64,000 bases of DNA from assembly GCF_001447785.1 (NCBI RefSeq), contig NW_015172020.1, positions 965,302 to 1,029,301 of the forward strand. The letters are read 5' to 3'. The position numbers and the translations under genes are program-made. The notes below the pieces were generated by a model, which saw nothing but the letters and a program-made list of their open reading frames with translations, did not search any database and had not been told where the DNA came from. The stretch comes from Gekko japonicus (taxonomy: Eukaryota). Of this stretch, positions 48,297 through 60,466 are shown piece by piece (the stretch's first letter is position 1; each line of letters starts with the position of its first letter).

Positions 48297-48556
48297 GAGA
48301 TGGGGAGTGAGCAACAGAAGTCAGACAGCTGGGATCTCAGTTACAAGTACAAAGTGAATTACTGCTCTGCTGTGGTTCCTAGCTGTGCGTGCAACTTGCA
48401 GAAGGGTCAGGAGGTAGCTAAACCCTCTGCTCAGAGATGGGGAGTGAGCAACAGAAGTCAGCTGGGATCTCGGTTACAAGTACAAAGTGAATTACTGCTC
48501 TGCTGTGGTACCTAGCTGTGCGTGCAACTTGCAGGAGGTCGCTAAACCCTCTGCTC
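48297..48556. repeat. ~138-bp tandem duplication at the MPP1 intron 11 acceptor region
   Basis: GAGATGGGGAGTGAGCAACAGAAGTCAG...TAAAACCCTCTGCTC units at 48297 and 48435. Confidence 0.85.
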
Positions 48557-49974
48557 CACTGTCACACCAAATCCCCACAATACACTTTGAACACCCAAGA
48601 GCTTGGATACAGGATCTTTTGAGAGGTAACTGAAAATTTCATGTTAAATTGCACGCGTACCCCACTGGTGCTGGGCGATTAGGTAAAAAAATCCAAAGGC
48701 AGCAGCAGAGCAGATTTTGATCTGTACTAAGAGTATTAATACAGAAAAAGCTATGGTTGCCCTTTAAAAATCATAGAAGGTAGCACTATTTTGAATCTGG
48801 CTCCAGCACATTCTACAGCTAAGAGCCAGTAGCCCTTGGTGGACTTAAATCAGTTTTGTGCTTTCCTTCATTGAATTAAGTCTGCACCATTTCCTGTGGT
48901 CAAATGTAAGACAAACTGAAGATTTATTAAATTGCCGCTGCTTTTGGATTTGTTCCCGCTGAACCAAACTCAAGTCCCCTAGTCCAGAAATCCAACCAGT
49001 TCACTTCTCTCCTACCCCAAATTCTGTGACTTCTATGCCTTAATGTTATAACTGAACAATCAGCAGGCATTTGTTTTTCAGCCTTGTGCCTGCCCGAGGG
49101 AACAGGCGTTCTGCTCAGCCTCTCCCTATCAGGTTCTGGTATGAGCAGTGTCTGGTGCTCGGATTCATTGAGACTAGGGAAGATAATGTTCTCCAGCTAA
49201 ATGGTAAGATAAGAGGGTGTGGGATGAACCCATTTTCATGGTGCAAAGAATATTGCAGGGCTCTGAAAGCGGAGGAAGGTTGGGAACCTGCTGGGTGTTT
49301 GTAGGCATTAAGATTTCCTCCTGTGGAATGTGGCTTTCTCACCCACCCACCCCGGAATAGTATTTCAGTGCATTTGGAGCTGCAGCAGGAGGCTGTGCTC
49401 TGCTACACCTCAGCCTGTGTTCACAGGGAAGTTGGGAACCTCTTAACAATTCAGTTCTTCCTTCAAGCTATGGCTGAAGAAAAGATCTCTCTTCAATAGG
49501 GCATTTTCTGTAAGTATGATATGGTAAGTAAAGGAGACTTTTCACTCACTGCCTGCACGGAAGTTCTGCCAGGAATTCAATGCACCCCATGTTCAGTTGC
49601 ATAAAAGGAAAATGGGGTTGGGTGGAATTAATGTCTTGCATGGGTGGTGGGGGAGGGCTAGCTTAGAGCAGGAGGTCGCAGTTGCAGACTGTTTTGGACT
49701 TGAGCACTTTCTCAACTCAAAAGACCAGGCAAGGCAGGTGACATTCCCCAAGGTCGCTAGGGGGGAAAATCAGCCACAGAGGGTTGGTGGAGAGCGCACA
49801 GGCCATTCATGCAGGGCAACAGTCAGGTCCTATAAGCCTAGTGCATAGCATGAACCGGAGTCCTTGGCAATGCTTAGGGGTTCCTTTAAGCAGTCAAGCT
49901 GAAACAAAATGCCCCCCCCCCCCCCCCCCCCCCAAGCTGATGTTTTGAGGAGGGTTGGCACAGAGCATCACTAC

Positions 49975-50049
49975 CTGGTCAGCCTTGTCTGTGGGAGCAA
50001 TGAACACGATGAAAGGTGAGAACTCGGCCGTACGGATGATCTTCAGGGT
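49975..50049 (-). CDS. MPP1: MPP1 exon 11 (TLKIIRTAEFSPFIVFIAPTDKADQ)
   Basis: AAG|...|GTAGTG, 75 nt. Confidence 0.92.
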
Positions 50050-50329
50050 CTTGGAGGAATAAGGAGAACAAGGAGCAGTTAAGAGGTGGTCTCTGGTTCT
50101 CATGACAGGCCTGCCAACGATGTTCCTTTGCTGAGTTTACTAACTTTTAGGAAAAGATTCAACCATCTTTTTTTTACAAAAAGTACCTTCCTCTCACCAA
50201 AGTGTGTTAAAATGAGGTCACAATTCTCAATATAACCCAGAAGGGGGCGAGGCAGTTGGGCTACTCTGGACACTCCAATGAAAAGGGTAAAGTGAGTCCT
50301 CAAGGGATAAAGGGGCCAGAGATCCATTA

Positions 50330-50592
50330 GAGAGCCAGTTTGGTGTAGTGGTTAAGAGTCCGACTCTAATCTGGGAGAACGGGGTTTGATCCCCCACTCC
50401 TCCACTGCACCTGGCTGGACGACCTTGGGTCAGTCACAAGCTCTGGCACAGCTGTTCCTGAAAGAGCCGTTTGTGTCAGCTCTCTCAGCCCCACCTACCT
50501 CACAGGGTGTCTGTTGTGGGGAGGGGAAGGGAAAGGAGTTTGTAAGCAGCTCTGAGACTCCCAAGTGAAGGACGGGATATAAATCCAATCTT
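50330..50592 (+). mobile_element. Squam3-like SINE
   Basis: Homology to 8561-8848 family. Confidence 0.85.
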
Positions 50593-50914
50593 CTAGGGGA
50601 TCATTCTCATTTTGTTTTGCAAGGCAAGCACAACAGGTGGAGGGAGTGGGGTCAGACGGTAAAGGGCTTCTAACCCTTCCCAAGACTTCACCCTCCTACT
50701 TTCATGCAGCTTGATCATGGCCCAGTTCCCAGTATTATTTCGAACATCCAGCTGCTAACCATTACACTCTAAAAAAAAACCACCACGTGTATTGGTCTAA
50801 TAAAAGCAGCATGTCTGCCAGTGCTGGGCCTGAAGCCCAGGCAAAACAGGTAAAAGGCAGATGTGTGTCAGCTAAGTGCACCCTTCTAGTTATTCCTTTT
50901 CCACACTTCGTAGA

Positions 50915-51058
50915 GCAGAGACTTCAGAGCTGGTTTGCCATTGCCTGCCTCGGCATGATGGCCCTGATGTTCCTTGGATGCATCCCCCTCCAAATACTAG
51001 CCAGGGCCAACCCTGCTTAGCTTCCGAGATCTGATGAGAGCGGGCGATCCAGGTCAGG
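50915..51058 (-). mobile_element. 5S rRNA-derived SINE fragment
   Basis: Reverse complement CTCATCAGATCTCGGAAGCTAAGCAGGGTTGGCCCTGGCTAGTATTTG. Confidence 0.7.
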
Positions 51059-51115
51059 TCTCCTGATCCTTACAGACTGCATTTTATTTCTGGCCCCAAA
51101 AAAAAGTGTGCCTAC

Positions 51116-51318
51116 CTGTGGCTCAATGTCCAGAATGGCGATTTTGTCTTGTTCGTGGATCTTGTGTACAGATTCAAATTTGGTGCCAAACATGTTGCCC
51201 TGGTAACTCCCAAACTCCAGGAACTCGTTGGTTGAGATGTCTCTAGTCATCTCCTCTGTGGAAACAAAGTGGTAGTCTTTCCCATCCACCTCGCTCTTCC
51301 TCTGGGGCCGAGTGGTGT
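51116..51318 (-). CDS. MPP1: MPP1 exon 10 ([19 protein letters not shown]...AILDIEPQ)
   Basis: TAG|...|GTAGGC, 203 nt, GK domain. Confidence 0.96.
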
Positions 51319-52230
51319 CTACAAAAGAAAACGACAGAGGTGAGGGGCCCGCGGGGGGGGGGGGGGGGGGGGCAGCCGTGCCTATAGAGCCAGTCTGAAT
51401 TATTGAGAGCCTTGAAGGAGGGCAGAATAAAACTTCGGGGTATGGTCTCTGCAAATGAAAAGGGGCTCAGTTGCTGCCTTTTGGCCCAGAGGGTGAGCAG
51501 TGGTCACATGCTCCTCTGTAAATTGTAAGGGCAGAGCTTATGGGCAAACAACTCAATCCTAGGAAGTCTCTGTCTAAATTCAATGAGGTTTAACTCCCTA
51601 GTGAGTTTGTTTAGAATTACAGCCTTTTCCTGGAGAGTTCCTGTGTAATATCTGCTTTATTTACGGTTATGCAAGCAGTGCATAAAGTGGAGAGAAAGAA
51701 GCAAGCCTGCACAATGGCAGAGAGAGAATTGAGTCCAGTGGTTAGAGTGTTGGACTACGATCCCATTCAGCTGTGCAGCTCATTGGATGACCCCCAGGCC
51801 TGCTAGTCTCTTCTTCAGCCTTGACCTACATCACATGGTTGTCAGGAGGCTAACCAGGGGAAGGGGAATCCATATATGCCCCTCTGAGCTCCTTGGAGGA
51901 AGGGTGGGATAAGAACACTCAATTTTCACTGTAATCCAATTCACAGCCTCACCTGGCCCCATTCCTCCCCCCCCCCCGAACACCCAACCGCTGTTTCTCA
52001 CATGCAGTCTCCCAGCTTGCGTTTGAGACTCCATCCTCTGCCAGGGCATTGCCCGTTCAGGGCACCCATCCACATCCATTTATCCCACATTCTCATCAGG
52101 CATCACTTTAGACAGGAGTTGGACAGCAAACCTCACCACAGTATACACCAGGCCTAAGGTCATGAGCCAGCAACCTTCTGCAAGGGGTTCAGATGCTACA
52201 ATGGAGAACAAGGTTTGGAGGGACACTTAC

Positions 52231-52311
52231 ATGGAAGAGGGTATCCAAATTTCTCTGGATTCTTGCTGAGCAGGGTGTTCTTAATGTGGCTTCGACCAAC
52301 CCCGCTGGCCC
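52231..52311 (-). CDS. MPP1: MPP1 exon 9 ([27 protein letters not shown])
   Basis: CAG|...|GTAAGT, 81 nt, P-loop-like motif. Confidence 0.95.
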
Positions 52312-53369
52312 CTGGTCCAAAGGGAAGAGAAGTAAGTGGGAGGAAATCAGCCTCAGTACCCATTCCTCTATCTGAGGAGCCTCCATTTACTATGAGCAAA
52401 GTAAAGCTGCCAGCCCCAGCCTGTCTAGGTCACTCTTGGGTACTCTGACTGGCAGTAGCTCCCCAGGGTCCCAGAGGTTTCTCATATTATCCAGTACTTG
52501 ATCTTTTTAGCTGGAGATGCCGGGGATTGAACCTGGGACCTTCGGTGTGCCAAGCAGATGTTCTACCACTAAGCTGTCTCCCCACCCTACAACTGCACTG
52601 TGAACCATTCTGGACACAGAAAAAAATCATTCTTCCCAGCTCCTGATTCCACACGATATCACTATTTTCTTTTGTACCAGAACAAACAGCAATTATCTAA
52701 TTGGTATGTGTCAAATCACATTTTTGTTTTTATGAATAGGGCATTCACAGCCCTGGTCTCCCCCATCAATTCCCCCTGCCACTCCAACCTCTTCTTGAAA
52801 AGAAGCCCATGACACTCTGCATCCCAATGAGCAGGTTTCTGTGATCACAAAGTCCCTTCAGGAAGTGGACACGCTGGACCTTCTGATGATGGTACCCAGT
52901 CCTGGCAACAGGACGGAGGGTGAACAAGCTTGCAGCCAATCAGAAAACTCTAACTGAAATACTCCACCTGAATGATTCACTTCAAACATGGGCTGCAGGT
53001 AGGGTTACCAAGCCTCCCACTGTAGTGAGACATTTCCTGGCAACCCAGGAAAAAATGGGGTCTTGTGCCAGGTACTGACATCACTTACGGAAAAAACAGA
53101 AGTGACATTATGGGATGTGCTAGTATTTTTGAAACTCTATGGCTTTAACATAAGTTTCTGTAAATCCTAGAGTGTCCCAGGGCGTCACTGCAACTACCGC
53201 TAATTTTCAGTGACGTAAGTGTACCAGTGTGACCCCGGCATGCCAATTCTCACCCTCTAAATGCTCCTGGGTGTTGTGAGCTGCAGCTGGCAGTCCTAGA
53301 TGTAGGTGAGTGGGCCCTTTGTGGTGTGAATCCAGGTAGATTAGAGCCAAGAAAGGATGAGTGAGTTAC

Positions 53370-53450
53370 CTATTAGCACCAGTGTCTTCCGCTTGAAGGC
53401 TGGAAGTCTTACCACCTCTTCATACGACACAACATCCAGCTGGTCAAAAA
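53370..53450 (-). CDS. MPP1: MPP1 exon 8 ([26 protein letters not shown])
   Basis: TAG|...|GTAACT, 81 nt. Confidence 0.95.
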
Positions 53451-53945
53451 CTAAAGGAAGAAAGGTTGAAAACTGAACCAAGCATCAAAAGACATCAACA
53501 ACTTCAGCGGCCTACCATTCCTACATGCAGACTGTGGTCTCCATGAAGCTTAAAAGACTCTTGGAGAACCCAGCGAAGCTCTCACCGCATTGGTAAACCT
53601 GTTTCTGGGCCGCACAGGGGCTTACATGACTGAATGCCCCCTGCATGGAAAAAGGAGGATTCCCCTGAGCAGAGAAGACTAGATATAAGGGAGAGAGTGA
53701 TGCCTGAGACCTTCTCCTTTTTTCTGTGTAGTAGGAATCGCTTTGCATAATGGAATGTTCACTTATACGAGCTCCCCCCCCCAGTCTAAAATGATACAAC
53801 CAAACACAGATTTAAAACTTTAAATTAGAGCTAGGTCTGAAAACAGTCTGATTAGATTGGTAGACAATGGATTCTTTGTCATTTTGCTGCCAGTGCTTCC
53901 TTGGTCAATACTGACATTATGGGCATGCCATGATTACATCATGTA

Positions 53946-54117
53946 GAGAAGAAGAGGAGGAGATTGGATTTATACCCTGCCCTTCACTTGTGGAGTCTCA
54001 GAGCGGCTTACAAACTCCTTCCCCTCCCCACAACAGATGCCCTTTGAGGTAGGTGGGGCTGAGAGAGCTCTTTCAAGAACTGCTCTTTCAAGGACAGCTC
54101 TTGTCAGAACTATGGCT
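53946..54117 (-). mobile_element. Squam3-like SINE 3' part
   Basis: Homology to family, 5' truncated. Confidence 0.75.
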
Positions 54118-55869
54118 ATAGAAGTTGGTCTTGGCTGTAAAACACCATATCCCGAGTATCAGTTTTCATTTAAAAACACACCCTCTCCCTCCCTCTCCCA
54201 GGCTTGAACCCACTGGATTTTTTCCCCCACGGGCACAAAGATTTCTACTTGCAGAGTAATTGATTTTTTCCCCATGTGCAGAACCTGAGTTACGACACTG
54301 CAAAATTTGAAAATGTCAGTAATCTCACTGCAGGCCTTTGTCACCTTGTTCTGCTTATGGGTTTCCCGGAAGCCTCTGGCTGGGGAAACAAGATGCTGGG
54401 TTTAGAGTGCAACCCAGGAGTAAGCCCCACTGAATAGACTAGAATAGGCTTCTGGGTAGACCTTCTTAGGCTTGCGCTCTAAGATGGTATTTTGGTCAGA
54501 TCCTGGAGGGCTCTTCTGCTGCTCCTTTAAGGCATTACATATTCATAGAGGATATCGAATTAGTCATGATAGCTAAGTGGAATCTCCATGCTCAGAGGCA
54601 GTGTCTCTCTGAATACCAGGGGGAGGCTCTGGCCCTCGTGGCTCGCTTGTGGGTTTGCTTAGAGACATCTGTTTGCTACAGTGGGAATTGAGATCCTGGA
54701 CCCAGGGTGTAATGGATGGCAAGTTTCTTCTAACACAGAACTTTTCAGTAGTGTACCTTGGTCTTGATTTTGAATGTGCTCAAAATGCCATCAACATTTG
54801 CTATGTTGGGACAGAATAATGATGATGATGTGTGTGTAAGGGAACAAGCCTGAAAAGGTGGGCTCTGTTATAGCTCCCTCTCTCTTGCCTTTAGCCTGCC
54901 TCACAGGAAGAGTAACAGTCCATCCCAAGAGGGCGTGCGCTTCTGATGGATTCTCTGGTTTGTCGACACCTTCAGTATCTGAGACCGGGCATGGAGCCGA
55001 TTCAGTCTTGGGGGGACCAAAGCAAAAAAATGTTTCCTCTCCCTTGTTCTACTCTCCCAGCCAGGGATATATAGTCTCTTGTTATAGGCCAGACAAGGTG
55101 TCATGCAGCTATCCAATTTCCTCCAGCAAAGGTCTCCTTACAACCTGCCAAGTAAACAGAATTCAAAGGCTGCTTTCCCAAGGCAAATGCAACAACAAAG
55201 CATTTGAGAGATCATCCAGCCCATGAAGAGGCCATAGGAAACCAAATCATGTTTTCACTCTTTCTCACATGCATACAGAGGCCCAATTTGCACATGCAGC
55301 GATGCAACACCTTGGAGGCTCCCCATGCAGCAAAGCGCCTGCATGGACCAGCTTGCTGTGCTCTTCCACAAGTCTTCACTGACCTGTCACATGCTCCTAA
55401 GAAAAGAATGTGACAAAAGGTCACCAAGACCACATGGTGAGCCACTCCCATGTGGACAGATCACTGCATGGTAGAACATCTCCGAGATTGCATTACATGT
55501 AGCTGACATACTGCTGTTTGTATGCTCAGACAATAATAATAATAATAATAAAAAACCCAGCAACTGGCAACTGGCATATCCCAGGGACAAAACCACCCAT
55601 TTGGCCCTCCCAACTGCAAATCCACAGGAAAGAGGAGTAGAGGATGCAGATACAGAACTTGTCAGAAACCCATGCTGGGGACTGGTAGAGCAGCCTTGGC
55701 CTAGACTCCTCCTCAAAATGATGGGAGCATCACAGCTGCAAATCGCACGCACACAAGGCTCAGTGAAGTTGCAGAATCATGCTTCTGTTCACCCGGAAAG
55801 CAGTCCTTCCTTGATGGGAAGATGGGATGTAGGGTGATAGTGAAGGGGGAGGAAGGAAGAGGTGCTCAC

Positions 55870-55976
55870 TTGAACTGTGCTTGGCCAGATATTTGTCTTT
55901 GCATTTCTTCTTCTTGCCAAAAGGGCTACAGTTCTGGGCTTGACCGGGGTTGCTTTGAGTCATGCTTGCAACACGC
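55870..55976 (-). CDS. MPP1: MPP1 exon 7 (RVASMTQS...[19 protein letters not shown]; HOOK/4.1-binding)
   Basis: CAG|...|GTGAGC, 107 nt. Confidence 0.95.
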
Positions 55977-56047
55977 CTGAGGGGAAAAATTAACCACGTT
56001 GTGAGAGAAGAAAGTGTCAGATAAAGCCTGCTCTTTCCTAAAACGAT

Positions 56048-56430
56048 CATAAGAACATAAGAGATGCCAATGTTGGATCAGGCCAAAGGCCCATCCAGTC
56101 CAACACTCTGTTGCACACAGTGGCCAGAAATACCAGTGCCATCAGGAGGTCCACCAGTGGGGCCAGGACATTAGAAGCCCTCCCACTGTTGACCCCCCCC
56201 AAGCACCAAGAAGACAGAGCATCACTTGCCCCAGAGTCCCTATCTATACCTTGTGGCTAATAGCCACTGATGGACCTCTGCTCCATATGCTTATCTAATT
56301 CCCTTTTGAAGCTGTCCATGCTTGTAGCCGCCACCACTTCCTGTGGCAGTGAATTCCATGTGTTAATCACTCTTTGGGTGAAGAAGTACTTCCTTTTATC
56401 CGTTCTAACCCAACTGCCCTGCAATTTCAT
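56048..56430 (-). mobile_element. CR1 LINE 3' end
   Basis: CATAAGAACATAAGA tail, GGATCAGGCCAAAGGCCCATCCAGTCCA, KYFFTQRVINTWNSLP on the minus strand; older plus-strand CR1 relic at ~56590-56960. Confidence 0.8.
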
Positions 56431-58395
56431 GGATCAGTTTATCTTATATCTAGCATGCCCATATCCAGTCAGTGCACCGGTCCATCTCAATCAGTGCTGT
56501 CTGCTGTGACTGGGAGCAGCCTTCTGGAATTTCAGGCAGAGGCCTTTCACAACACCTGCTGAGATCTTTAATGCAATGGACTTTTTCTCTTGCTCATACA
56601 ATAATAGAACTCAGGAGGCATTGAGTGAAATTGATGGGAAATAGATTCAGGACAGAAAAAAAGAAAGCATCTCTTCACTCAAGTTCTGGCATTCATTGCT
56701 AGTGGATATAATGCGGACCAATAGCACAGATGGCTCTAAAATAAGATTCGATAGATCCATGGTCACTAAACGGCAGCGCCATGTTCAGAGGCAGCAAACC
56801 TCTGAATCCCACTGCTAGAAGGCAACGTCAGTGGAAGGTCATGGTCTCTCAATACCCTGTTAGATGGCTCTCCAGGACTGCTGGTTGGTCACTGTGAGAA
56901 ACAGGGTGCTGGACTAGAGGGACCACTGGTCTGATCCAGCATAGCACTCCTTATGTTCTCATGAATCTAAGACTTCCTGACTATAAAGCAACTGGTCTGT
57001 CACTGAGCTACTGAAGCAAAGGGAATCCTGTCAAATTTGAACCATAATCACAAATCTCATACCGTATTCGTTTTGGAAATGGACAGAAAGCAAAAGCGCA
57101 GGCTGGCTGCATTCCGATTTGGATTGGACACTGTGTTGATTTTTCTGTGTGGCCCTTTTCCCAGCCTCACTGTGAACAGGGGACATTGGACAGAAATATC
57201 CAACCTCTGGCCCCTGTGCTGCTGCAGCAATCCAGCACTCGAATTCCATTTCCCTGAAGTTGAAGTGTACACAGATTATTTGTCTGAGGCAGTGAGAGCT
57301 TCCTTTTTCATGTGTAGCCACCATTGCCCCAGGGCAAAACCAGCCCTGCTGAATTGACAAGAACCCTCCCTGCAAGGGGGAAAAATTGTTTTCTCTATTT
57401 CCCCAACTGTGCCTTCTTCCCCCTGTCTCTAACAAATTAAGGAAGCAGTAAAATTGACTGGATGGCCAGTTTTTCTCGTGGCCAGCATGGTGAAATTTTT
57501 AGAGTGTCAGACTAGAACCTGGGACTATAGAACCACTTCCAAAGCAGCCTTTTTCTCCAGGGGAACTGATCTCTGTTGTCAGGAGACCAGTTGTAATAGT
57601 GGGAGATCTGAAGCCACCACCTGGTGGTTGGCTTCAGCTAGAAACCCTGATGGAACACACACAAAGTTGTAATCCACAATGGCAGCTCTGCCATATTTTC
57701 TCTAAGATGCTATGATCCGTGTACAGCCTGTGTGGACCAGTTCTGACAGAAATGATAAATCTGTGTCTGCACTGTGCTTGACTGACTGAACACCTCTCCA
57801 TTTAAAAAAGAAAGTCCTGTACTTTGAAAACTAGCATGTGGGGGAAAGTCTTGGTAGGAACCCTTCTTCCACAACATACCGATTTCTGTGTAGATGGACC
57901 TGTTTGGAATGGAGAAGTATTCCATCACATTCACCCTCTTCTCTAGTATGAAATGGTATGGCCCAGACACAGGCTTGACAGTGCAACAAGAGTGAAGACT
58001 ATTGTACTGTGTGCTTTGCAGGGGGCGTGTTTGATTGAGGCAACCCTAAGACTTAAAATATTATCTTGGCTTTTGGAGGGGGGGGCTGTAAAAAAATCAC
58101 TAGCTTTTCTCAGATATTCCAGTGGACCCAGGCTTCAGAAGGCATTCTGCTGAATGGGAAACCGAGATCAGGGCTGATGGCAAGCAACCGATGTGGCATG
58201 TCTAGAGTTTGGACAACGCTCTTGGAAACAGAAATCACCTGCCAGCTTCTACGTAAATTGCCAATTTGCAGTGCAGTGGATCTCACTGTCTTGAGTGCAG
58301 CCAGAAGAAAGCCAGCTGGGAGCCAGAAAAGGGGCACCATATGCAATCGAACGAGGGAATCATCATCATCATCATCATCCTCCAACAGGACATAC

Positions 58396-58592
58396 CATTC
58401 TTGCAGCTCCAAAGAGGGGATAAGTCCAGCTGACCCATTGGAGGAACCCATCACCCGGCCCTGCCACCAGTTGCTGTCATCTTTGTTGATGATCTCAATG
58501 ACGTCTCCTGTTTGGAACTTCAGGCCAGCTTCCCTGCAAGGGATCAAGGTGTCCTTTTTGGGGTCGTAGTCAAACTGGGCTCTCATGAACAT
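58396..58592 (-). CDS. MPP1: MPP1 exon 6 (SH3: [26 protein letters not shown]...NWWQGR...[12 protein letters not shown])
   Basis: CAG|...|GTATGT, 197 nt. Confidence 0.97.
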
Positions 58593-59130
58593 CTGGAAGA
58601 GAAGGGTCAAAGGTCAGCTGGAGAATGAGCTTTGATTTGCAGGAGAAAAGCAGGTGTCATCCCCAGTCAAGCAAGAGATTAAACTAGGTACACGAGGGGC
58701 CAACATCAGTAGAGACATATGCACCCTTTCCCACCCTTTTTGCACTTCTCTTTCTGCCTGCCAACAAGAACACATTTCAGCATAAACGTTACTTAGTACA
58801 CCTGTATTACTGCCTTCCTCCAATGAGCCCAGTAAGTGATATTAGAGTGGCTTAACCTCACAACAACCTTGTGAGGCTGGACAAGAGTAACCTGTCCAAG
58901 GTCACACGATGAACTTCAGGGATCTGAAGTTCAAGGATTTGAAGCAGGGGTATGCATTTGGATATTTTCAATCCGAAACAGTACCCAAAATTCCCTGTTT
59001 CATTTCCCAAAATTTTGGGATTCAGTTTCATTTCCCAAAATTTTAGAATTCAGTTCCCAAAACGTTACTCCTGAAATTTTGAAATTTGGGATGGTTACTT
59101 TGGCTATTTTGTATGGGTAGTGCACAGAGA

Positions 59131-59502
59131 TTCTTTTGAACTGTGGTGCTGGAGAAGACTCTTGAGAGTCCCTTGGACTGCAAGAAGAACAAATCAGCCA
59201 ATCCTAAAAGAAATCAACCCTGACTGTTCCCTGGAAGGCCAGATAATGAAACTGAAGCTCAAATACTTTGGCCACCAAATGAGAAGGGAGCACTCACTGG
59301 AGAAGACCCTGATGCTGGTAAAGATTGAAGGACAAAGAAGATGGGGACGGCAAAGAATGAGATGGTTAGACAGTGTCATCGATGCAACGAACATGAAGTT
59401 GAGCAAACTTCAGAGGATGGCGGAAGACCAGAAGGCCTGGCGGGAGATGGTCCATGGGGTCGCAAAGAGTTGGACTCGACTGTGTGACTGAACAACAACA
59501 AA
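59131..59502 (+). mobile_element. Bov-B (RTE) LINE, 5'-truncated
   Basis: FELWCWRRLLRVPWTARRTNQPILKEI...LKYFGH..R..HSLEK.LML.KIEG.R..GRQRMRWLD; (CAA)n tail; 12-bp TSD AGTGCACAGAGA. Confidence 0.92.
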
Positions 59503-59510
59503 AGTGCACA

Positions 59511-59743
59511 GAGAGCCAGTTTGGTGTAGTGGTGAAGAGCTGTGGATCTGGTTTGATTCCCCACTCCTCCACGTAAAGCCAGTTGGGTGACCTTGGGCCA
59601 GTCACAGCTCTCGCAGAGCTCTCTCAGCCCCACCTACCTCACAGGGTGTCTTTTGTGGGGAGAGGAAGGGAAAGTGATTGTAAGCCACTCCGTAACTCCT
59701 TCAAGTAGTGAAGGGTGGGGTATAAAACCAACTCTTCTTCTTC
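59511..59743 (+). mobile_element. Squam3-like SINE
   Basis: GAGAGCCAGTTTGGTGTAGTGG head, (CTT)n tail. Confidence 0.85.
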
Positions 59744-60167
59744 ACGGAAAACAGCAGAAGTAGACCCAGCCTCCACATAGATTTACCTGATATGAATGAG
59801 AAGGAACCTCATCTCCAGCTAGCAAAATGAATGTGGATCTCACAGTCTGATGCAATACAGCGATTCTAATGCAACTGATAACCTTATTAGAGGATTCTGA
59901 AGGCCATCCTCCTTACATCCAAAACATGTATGAAAAATAAGTTCTGTGACTACTAGGACAAACACTGAAAACTGGAACAAAATTAGGTAGAGTTTGACAG
60001 GTACAGGGACTTTGCAACACCTGGACAAGTGATGATCAGTGTGGTTAAGTTGCTGGAGGTTTAGACTAGGAAGACCTGGATTCAAAGCCCAACTCAGCCA
60101 TGAAGCTTATTGGGTGATTTTGGGAGAGGCACTCTCTTAGCCTCACCTATCTCACAGCGGCATTTAT

Positions 60168-60466
60168 GAAGAAGAAGAAGAGATTGGATTTATACCCCAC
60201 CCTTCACTACCCAAAGGTGTCTCAGAGCGGCTTACAAACTCCTTTCCCTTCCCCTCCCCACAACAGACACCCTGTGAGGTAGGTGGGGCTGAGAGAGCTC
60301 TGACAGTAACTGCTCTTTTTCAAGCTCTTATCAGAGCTACGGCTCTTATCAGAACTACGGCTTGCCCAAGGCCATCCAGCCAGGTGCAAGTGGAGGAGTG
60401 GGGAATCAAACCCGGTTCTCCCAGATTAGAGTCCGCGCACTTAACCACTACACCAAACTGGCTCTC
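60168..60466 (-). mobile_element. Squam3-like SINE
   Basis: Homology to family; internal 21-bp duplication. Confidence 0.85.
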
